DNA of 64,000 nt, taken from Pseudovirgaria hyperparasitica (Eukaryota). Location: NCBI GenBank assembly GCA_010093815.1, contig ML996571.1; one strand, 5' to 3'. The first letter of the stretch is position 1. Every line of letters begins with the position of its first letter. A program made the position numbers and the translations under genes. Below are positions 53,707 through 64,000 of the stretch, piece by piece. The notes under the pieces are model-generated. The model had not been told where the DNA came from. It saw only the letters and a list, made by a program, of their open reading frames with translations, and made no database searches.

Positions 53707-54014
53707 ATGTCTATTCAGCATCAACAGCACCAACAAACGATAGAGGCTCGTTATGTCGATCCACGGAAATTAATCACCTGTCTTGAAAGAAGGTACGAGA
53801 AGGACTTTCAAGTGAAGGTGTGCGATCTGGACCTTCCCACCTGAAAATCATTGTATTGACTTCACTAGCTGCGCATGAATCACTACAGGATATACGCTTC
53901 TCCAGACAAAGGGGTCCTCACCAATGTAGGTCAGTCTCTGGCGAGCCTACATGCCGGCAGCTCACAGAAAGGGTACAGGATGAGATCAGAGCGTGTTCAG
54001 CCTTGTACAGATAG
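53707..54014 (+). CDS. Small three-exon protein B (67 aa), unknown family, paralog of 53110-53427
   Basis: GCCATG context. Exons 53707-53817, 53869-53925 and 53979-54014, with phase-0 introns of 51 and 53 nt. Product: MSIQHQQHQQTIEARYVDPRKLITCLERRYEKDFQVK|LRMNHYRIYASPDKGVLTN|DEIRACSALYR. Confidence 0.8.
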
Positions 54015-54095
54015 TTCCCAGGGAGTAGCAGAGGATTATTACTGCGCTAGAAATTACTTCGCGTCAATGCATATAGAGAAGGCGCGGTGAACACC

Positions 54096-54196
54096 CTTTT
54101 CAAGGTATAGTAACGGACATTAGTCTGGGAGCACTTCACATGAAATTTACCTGAAATGTTCCCAGACTAATGTCCTAGTACTATACTTTGTAAAAG
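54096..54196 (+). repeat. Long imperfect inverted repeat (hairpin)
   Basis: Perfect 16-bp arms GGACATTAGTCTGGGA (54115-54130) and TCCCAGACTAATGTCC (54160-54175). Pairing extends 8 bp inward and 12+ bp outward (54101-54112 with 54179-54190); 13-nt loop. Confidence 0.9.
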
Positions 54197-54615
54197 ACCC
54201 TTCTACTATACAGACTTCCATGGCATCAAAGTTCCAGACACAAGTTTCTGATGGGATCAAAGTTCAAGACACGAGTTTCATGAGTCCACTAACTGTCAGT
54301 ATCAGCTTTGCCAGATACTCAAATTTCCTTATATGTGTATTACTGTCCCGTACAACCTCAGTATCGATATGCCACGGAATCAGCCGGACGTACCTTTTCA
54401 TGGGCCCAATGTCGCTTCAAGGCTCACAGCTCTGTGACGTGTTGCTGTGCTGTTCGCTTATGCAGCTACTTTGGCTTGCATCTAATTGTAATTGGTGCAC
54501 ATCATGCCCCGCTCCAGATATCAGAGCACGGAATGGGAGGGAATGAAGTGTATGTCAAAACCTCAAGGAAAGGAGCATCCCACAGATACTACAACGGCTT
54601 CTGCACGTTCAAACA

Positions 54616-56600
54616 ATGGAAACGCTCACTGGGTTCAGAAATGCTACGTTCCGTGAAACAATTGAAACGATGGCTGGTCGCATCTTTAATAGATCGAATG
54701 ATATGCAAGAGCTGACATACGTGGGGTTTGGAGGACACCTCGAATCAGGGCAAACAGTGTCCCCAAACTTGGAGAATATCCATGATATAAGCCAACTGGA
54801 GGACTTGAATAAGGTGAGTATGAGTCGATGTGGGCATACGCAGACAGAGAATGACCTCTACCTAGGATTGTCCTCGCACACGCCTATTCACCATTGGCCA
54901 GCACCGATCGTGGTCGAACTTGAACATCAGTCGAACGATGTTTGAAGCCTTCATACAATCACATGACGTGTTCAACCACATCTGGAGACTTATGATGGTC
55001 CTCGGAATCACGACTGAAAACAATGAACAGAGTTTTCCCGGATTCAAGTGGCAGCAGATGACTCAAGGATCATATGGTAAGTGGGACGTAGGCGAGGACG
55101 TCTGGTTAAGTCTAGCCACGCCCTGGTGTAGATTGACCACTAGAATCATCGCTAGACCGTATTCTGTAATCATTTTTCGCATTAGATGACTGATCGAGGG
55201 CAGAAATTGCATACATTGTTCGACGTGTAGAGTTCACGAATCGTCTTCAAGAACGTTCACCCTGGTCGATCAGACAGAGCGGGGTCTATCAGAACTTTCA
55301 GAATTGTAACTCTAGACTGATGAGTGGTATGACCGATGTACCAGTCTTAGGCCCCACTTTCGAATCGTTGTCCCTGGTCATTGCGCCCTCGAGTGCGACA
55401 AAGTTGATTCTTGCGAATATTGAAAACATGGTCTCTTTTATGGAGGAGATTGATTCGAATCCATGGAACTTACACATCGCTCTTGTCGAAGAAGGTCTCA
55501 GCAACTGGCCTGATTATATGGCCTGGATTGAAACAGAGCTACGTCAACTGGTATGTCACTCACATGGCCATGTCTGTCGATTGACTGGCATGAATCACTT
55601 CTAATCTAAAATATAGAATCTATGCTAATCCAATAAGCTTAACAAAGCAGTCCTGACGGATACTGGCTCTGTGTCTGACACTATGGTCGGAGAGAGTGCG
55701 TCGATAGCTCCCGGCATTGACATAAAAATCAGCTTCAATGATCGTCAAAAGCTACAGGATCTCGAGGACTACATCACGGACCTAAATGCAATGTTCTCTC
55801 TGTCTAGGAGGAACGTAATGGGACTTATGAAGGTCTGTGCAATATCTTGCAAAGCACACCAGCACATATCGATCGGCCTCTGTCAATGCGATGATAAGAT
55901 TGCAGCGATGGGCGAGCAAATCAGCCAGATTGATGCTCTATTGGAATGTACAGTGAACCTGCGCGAGCGAGCGAGGTCCGTCCGAAAGATGGTATGTAGC
56001 TCTCTACTCGAAAAATGACGAACGTTGTTGACTGTAAAAGCTCTCTGATTTGTTGAACTATGAGGATAACAAAGCTTTGGTGTTGCTGGCGGAGCAGTCT
56101 CATCTTGAGAGCCAGGCAATGCATGAACTAACAGTGAGTATCGAATGAGCCCTTACGTACCGGTGTAACCTCACAATGACGTAGAAAAAAAGTACAACAG
56201 ATGCAGCAGCCATGAAGGCTCTGACCGTCATAAGTCTCATATATCTGCCAACGACAATCGTAGCTGTAAGTCCACGAAAGATACCTTTCACTTCGGCACT
56301 AACAGTGATTCGAAGAATTTCTTTTCCACTGAATTTATCAAAACGAACGACAATGGTGGTATAGAAATATCAAGAAGCACTTGGCTTCTCGCTGCCATCT
56401 CTGTTCCTCTTACACTCTTCACTATCGCTCTGTGGATCTTGTGGCAGTATTGTACAAAGACCCCGGACCAATACCAACTTCCTTTGTACCATGGACCAGA
56501 TCGTGGCAGTGGAGATGGTAAGGTTGAACTACGCCGCAGGACCACAGAGCCGATCTTGAGCAAGGTGAGGAATTGGACGATGTCTCCCGAACCGACCTAA
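54616..56600 (+). CDS. Fungal CorA-like domain protein with two C-terminal TM helices, lacking the GMN motif
   Basis: Seven exons (54616-54813, 54866-55076, 55204-55550, 55638-55991, 56041-56133, 56185-56265, ~56317-56600). Motifs: SWSNLNISRTMF, EIAYIVRRVE..R...SPWSIRQSGVYQ, coiled stalk, STTDAAAMKALTVISLIYLPTTIVA|NFFSTEF, second TM WLLAAISVPLTLFTIALWILW. Confidence 0.8.
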
Positions 56601-57253
56601 CAACACCTTGAAAAGACGGAATGATGCCTGCTGGAGACAATGACAGACTTAGGTGCATGACAAGCTATACGATCTCGGCTAGACTGGTTTGCATGGATGT
56701 CCAGGACCTAGATATGAGTGGTTGAACCACCCCCTACTGCATCAATGCAAGCCCAGCACATCAGCAGCCCCCCATAGCCTTTCCCTCGTCTATAACCCCA
56801 CCTACTATTCATTACGAATGAGGGGCCGCACCTGACCCCCTCTCAATACAGGCTTGGACTGTCGGGCTCTATGCAGTTTGCCTGATACCCTTCTGAGGGA
56901 TCAAATCGAGTCATCAGTTCCAATCTCCACGTCTGCCTTGTCTTGACCGGTCGCGAGCTTGAATTTGGATTGGCTCCACTCCATGTTCCCTGCCACATCT
57001 ACCAATATAAGACAGAGAAAAAGCTGTTGCCTATCTCACGCACCACTGACTAGTCCTTCACTCCTTTACTCCCAGTTTATCTACAAGAGCCGCACCGTAC
57101 CGCGTATCGGTCACCAAACTCCTGTCTTTGAGTTGCACTGTCATATTCTTAGAGCTAGAATTGCTGTTGTCAACCTTAGACGATATAATTCGTCTCATAT
57201 TTCTATTCTCTTCCAACCATTGTGAATAAATAAGCCACTTGCCCTTACCGACA

Positions 57254-59072
57254 ATGGTCGAATCAGACAGTGAATCAAGCGATGTCGATATTGCAGAGAA
57301 ACTACGAGAGCTTATTGGAGAAGCAGAACAATCATCAGATAATGAGGGTTGGGGCTACTATGTTCCGATTTCAGAACAGAGATCAATAATTACCGCAGAA
57401 CGAGTGTTTCTGCACGTGCGCAGCTTGAAGAAAAGGGGAACCACTGATTTAGTCACGAGATATACAGAGCAGATCTGTACCACAGCAATATCGTTGTTCG
57501 CGACTCTTCTCCGTGGCAAAAAGGACAGTGAAATTTGCAATCTTCTGGACGATGGGCTGTCGGACAGAGACTTGCCACTGGTAAGGACTCCAGTGAGTAA
57601 TAGGATCGGCGAGAAGAAATTTTGTCTAGCCCGGAATGATGAAGCAAAAACGACCGTGGAAGCAATGAGAAGATGGGCACAGTCAGATCTGAAAGACTTC
57701 GGACAATATCAATTCAGGATGCTTGCACCAGTTTTTGATAGGTATAAGCCAAAAGGACAGCTATCAAATGACACGATCTTGCCATATGTGTGGGATGATC
57801 AAGATCACAGACCTGTTGAGAACGATAGAGGCGGCTACAGTGAGGTGGTGAAGCGCCGACTACATCCCTCTCATCACAATTTTTGGGAGGAGGAATCGCA
57901 GGAGGTGAGCGTTTAGCTCAAGGCGCAGCTGCTGCAAATAAGGCTAACATACCTGTAGCCGCGTCGAAGGTACGTGGCTGTCAAAAGATTGAACTCTGGA
58001 GACCTTCAAGAATTCGAAAAGGAAGTGAGCATCTTGCGAAAATTGGGAGTCCGCAAAAATGCCCACTTGGTACAGCTTCTGGACACCTTCACTTTCAGGG
58101 GCCAACCACATCTCATGTTCCACTGGGCTGATGCAAATCTTCGCCAATATTGGGAAACAAAAGAGCACCCCAAATTCGACCAAAGCACAGTCTTGTGGTC
58201 TTTGCAGCAAATGAAAGGTATCGCGCAAGCCTTATCACTAATACATAACTATACTACTCATCCTACCCTTCCCCTATCTGATAGGCTCGATCACCAGAAC
58301 GAGAGGCTAGGAGTAATTGACCATGAAAAGCACTTTGGACGCCACGGCGATATCAAACCAGAGAACTTCTTGTGGTTTTCAGATCTAGATGGAGGGGTCT
58401 TGCAGATTGCAGATTTCGGTGAGTGCTTCCTTTCACGCTGATCCTTGTTCGGTGCTCTAGCTAAGCATCTCAGGCATGGGAAGATTCCACGGTCGCGATT
58501 CCCGCTCAAAAGTCCGCCCGACGACCGCCCAAGCTACCCCAACTTATGAGCCTCCAGAATGTGCGCTGCGAATAGCAGTGTCCCGAAAGTATGATACTTG
58601 GAGTCTCGGATGTGTTTTTATGGAGTATATTACCTGGCTCATACTCGGTAATCAGGCCACGGAGGACTTTGCCGAAGCCCGTAGCAAGATGAATTCCCTT
58701 AAAATCGACGATGACAAGTTTTATGAGATAGTCCATCGTAATGGGGACACGAAGGCCATTGTGACCATCGGTGTCGAGAAATGGGCATCGAAACTCCGCA
58801 AGAACAAACGCTGCTCACAAGCTATCCATGATCTGATCGATATAATTATGGAGAGCATGCTAGTCATCGATCAAACCAAGAGGCTAACATCCCGACAGCT
58901 CTTTCTAGAGCTCAAAGAAATCGTTGCAAGATCCACGGAGGACCAGGGGTACCTATTGGATGCTCCACGTTTGAACCTACCAAACAGGCAAATACTTGGC
59001 GCATCAGATGGGCCCGAATATAGGTTGAATGGTACTAGACAGACGAATACTTGGCCAATCAATGGATCCTGA
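57254..59072 (+). CDS. Ser/Thr protein kinase of a fungal-expanded type with an N-terminal helical domain
   Basis: Introns 57905-57958 and 58419-58473. Motifs: RGGYSEV, VAVK, EFEKEV, RHGDIKPENFL, IADFG|MG, TPTYEPPE, DTWSLG. All catalytic residues are present. Confidence 0.9.
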
Positions 59073-61252
59073 ATATAGGCCACTCAGGGTCATGGTATCC
59101 TGTTATTGGAACCGGCGTTACAGACAGATGTATCAAAAGTCTAGAGGCGCTGTGATGAGTTAGCATTTCGTTCGTGTACGACTTGGGTCCTGTATGTTGT
59201 GAGCACTTGTTACATTTATTTCATCTCTGGACTTGGATATCACCGCTACTGCTGTCTGCAAGCGAGGACAAAGATGCTGCCGGAGAACATATGCAACAGG
59301 GACTATACTATGGAGAGCCACAGAGAATAATCTGATTGTACATTAGTGATATGTACAACCATCAAGAGCAACCGGTAGTGAAACAGAAAGGATCGTTGTG
59401 TCGAATACATACCTAGATAAGCAATACTCAAATGTTATGTAGGAAGTTGATTGAGAAGATACAGACACGTAGGTTAGGCGTTGACCCTGTATAACTAGCG
59501 TGTATTTATGCTTAAGTCCCAAGGACTCTACGGATCGCTGACCTTTGCACTTCGCATGTATGAAGAAAGAAGGGTGATGAGCTAGACATTTGCGGTAGTC
59601 TCGAATTCCTCGGCATTTAGTTGAGCAGCGCGCCATCAATGGTTCGACGCTATCTGCTGGACATGTATCGGCATCCAGTGCGCCGGCATACACAGGCCGA
59701 AAGCTGATGTATGCCAATGAAGAAGAAGAGAATACTTTTCGAAATATTGGTGAGCTAGAAATAATAAGGACTTAACTTACGTTACGATGTGGTTCGTTCT
59801 ATCGACGATCTGGTGGTATTCTTGCGTCAAACATGGGAACTACTAGTACGAATTATAGAGCTCCATAGCGTCAATACACTGGGAAGGCGATAGTCATGTA
59901 GGGTTTAAAAACCTAGACCAAAGTGTAATTAGTTTGGCCAGAGCATAAGTACTCTCTAGAAGGGAGTGGACAGGCATGGCATAATACGCGTCTAGCAAAG
60001 AGAACGTTGACAATTCATTTAGAATGGAGGCAAAAATTGATAAAAACACATCTCCCAACCCTGAATCGAACAGGGGACATTCTGATAACAATTGCTATTA
60101 CAGTCAGACGCCATGAACCAACTAGACCATTGGGAGGTTAGGGCATGTTTGGCTCATGTTTCAAAGAATATTTTCCCGGAAAGAGGGGCACATTCTGTGA
60201 AATTCTTCGAATTTCCGTGCGCCTTCGGCTGTCAGGCTATCGAGCCCCACTTTGCTAGGTCTAATGTCTATAGATTATCTAAGCCTTCTTACAATGAATC
60301 GAGCCAATCACGTCCAACGACAACAAATATGATATAGAACAGTCTTTGCTAAGACCCACTTTTGTTGGGTTGACTTCTTCACTTTCATCTGCCCCCTTAA
60401 GCACATGACTCCTTATATTAACAACGTGGTATGACTGCGTCTGGAAACGTTCGTGTGTTACGGTCATCAGAAAGAACATTCGCAATCCAGTCTCAGCCCC
60501 CGATCTTTCCAACCAGCAATGCGTGATGAAAGTTTCTTTGCAGTCTGTTTCCTCATGCATGCTGGGCCTGTCAGTCGCCTTAGTGCATTCCAGTATTTCC
60601 AGCTCATCACTTCCTGTCAGCGGATCACGGATGTGGTATGCGACAGTGCGCTGCTTGCGGTTCTAATCTGCCGACCATTTGTCACAGAACACGTACTTGA
60701 AGGCGAAGAAATTTGAGGATGGATTGCCTAAATCGAGTATATAGCTTCGAAGTAGATATATTAGACTTATTTATATAGAACTACTAGAAGTTAGGTACGT
60801 AAATATCAAAATAGATGCTTTAAGTCGTGCTTGAATCACATGGTTAGATAATCGACCACATAACTTTGTATACTCATCTTTAGAACTATTAAGGGAAGCG
60901 CTGCTAAGTGAATGTTATTCTATCACTATTCTATTACGTCAGGGGTAAACGGTATAGCTCCGTTTAGCTATCTATATTAGAATAGTAAATTGCGAAATGC
61001 TGCCACGGACTTTTCGTATTCGAGCACTCCATTCAAGCTATGGCAAGTTTATGTCTACATTGCTCCATTATAGACATAAATGCAAGAGACGCGCCGGCAT
61101 ACGAACATGTGTTTTTTATTCATCTATCTCTTGAGCATGTTGCGTGAAGCTCATATGTCAGCGCGATTATTGATCATGCTCGATATCGCGCAACCAAATG
61201 GCGTGCGAATGCAGAGTCAAGCTTGCGCAATAACGCCCAAAGCTCCTTCTAA

Positions 61253-63044
<1,792 letters not shown>

Positions 63045-64000
63045 CGTGCGTTGTTGAAGCCAGATCGAAAGTAAAGACGAAGTCACAGAAGAAGCCATAG
63101 GGACATTGCGGGCACTCGGTTCTTGAACCACTCGATTCATCTGTTCGCACCCTGCCTGGCACACACTCTCGTTCTACACGGCCCATTCTGCCGGTTCTCC
63201 GGATCGCTTCTAGCCTTGCACGCCTCGCTTCTGGGGTAATCAAGGATACCCCAGTCCTATCCCGTGGTCTACGTGTCTCAACGAGCCAGTAATGGCTTCA
63301 GAACGCCCAAGGCAGCTGCCAATGGTTCGCCATCATCGCTTGAAGGTCTTAGTTCGCTGCTACTCGGTTGCAACTTTCGGGTGAGTCATGTCGCATACTG
63401 TATGTACAGTATGGACGGTCAGGGGTTTGCGAACAGTCGCCGGATAAACTGCCCGTCGTTCCGGGAGAGTGTACAAGAATAGCCGGATAGCCATGTGTTG
63501 ATAGCGTGGGGTCGGTCGGCCTTGGCGGGGCTCCTATGGCGCATATCTCAGCATATCGTCGCAGAAGCAGTACTGCAAAAGCCGCGGTTTGGGCGGTAAT
63601 CTAACTCCATGTAGTAGTGCATCCGACGCCAGACGACACGTCTCGATGCTCCGTTGTGCATGCGCGTCTCTTGCAACGTTGATTTGCAGGTTATAAGATT
63701 CGGCATGGAACCACTATCAGGCACAGAATATTGAAATTGATACCGGTCTCAGCACAGAAAGATCGAACTTGGATACATCAACCATGAATCGTCTTCTCCG
63801 CCCATGTCTTGTCTCACTCCGTTTAGTATATTGTCCTTCAAGAACGTTTCACAGCACTACTGCAACACAAGCTGCAACACATAAACGCGCCGGCGACATC
63901 TCAGACGCATTTTCAAGTCTCTCAGGACAGGAGTTTGCGCCACTTGAGCCGGAGTATGCGAGCATCAAAGCCCAGCTCATCGCGGGGAATGAGGATAAGG

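Noticed and set aside
59343..60337. Short ORFs after the kinase, with one GTAAGT donor on the minus strand
   Set aside because: I could not assemble a consistent spliced gene or recognise any motif.

Overview
Eukaryotic, intron-containing DNA from a filamentous ascomycete (Pezizomycotina; GT-AG introns of about 50-70 nt with CTAAC/CTGAC branch points). There are three zones. (1) 1-17 kb is gene-dense housekeeping DNA: Sfr1/Mei5 3' end, PAF-acetylhydrolase, a bZIP factor, mitochondrial LysRS, TIM10 (missed by the ORF track), a Ser/Pro-rich hypothetical and threonine synthase. (2) About 17.2-37.3 kb is gene-poor and saturated with micro- and minisatellites. It holds only a bZIP factor, a 2OG-Fe(II) dioxygenase with bloated introns and a small secreted Cys-containing protein. 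(3) 38-64 kb holds an FAD oxidase, a hypothetical, a spartin-like gene, CDC20, a Kelch-BTB gene, MCR1 and a GH1 beta-glucosidase. Between MCR1 and the glucosidase lies a compact co-oriented four-gene module that the ORF track largely misses: two tandem paralogous 65/67-aa three-exon microprotein genes, a ~100-nt hairpin, a CorA-like two-TM protein lacking the GMN motif, and a Ser/Thr kinase. This module is the most interesting item and is a candidate fungal signalling, non-self-recognition or cell-death system. All gene models were hand-spliced and no database searches were run.
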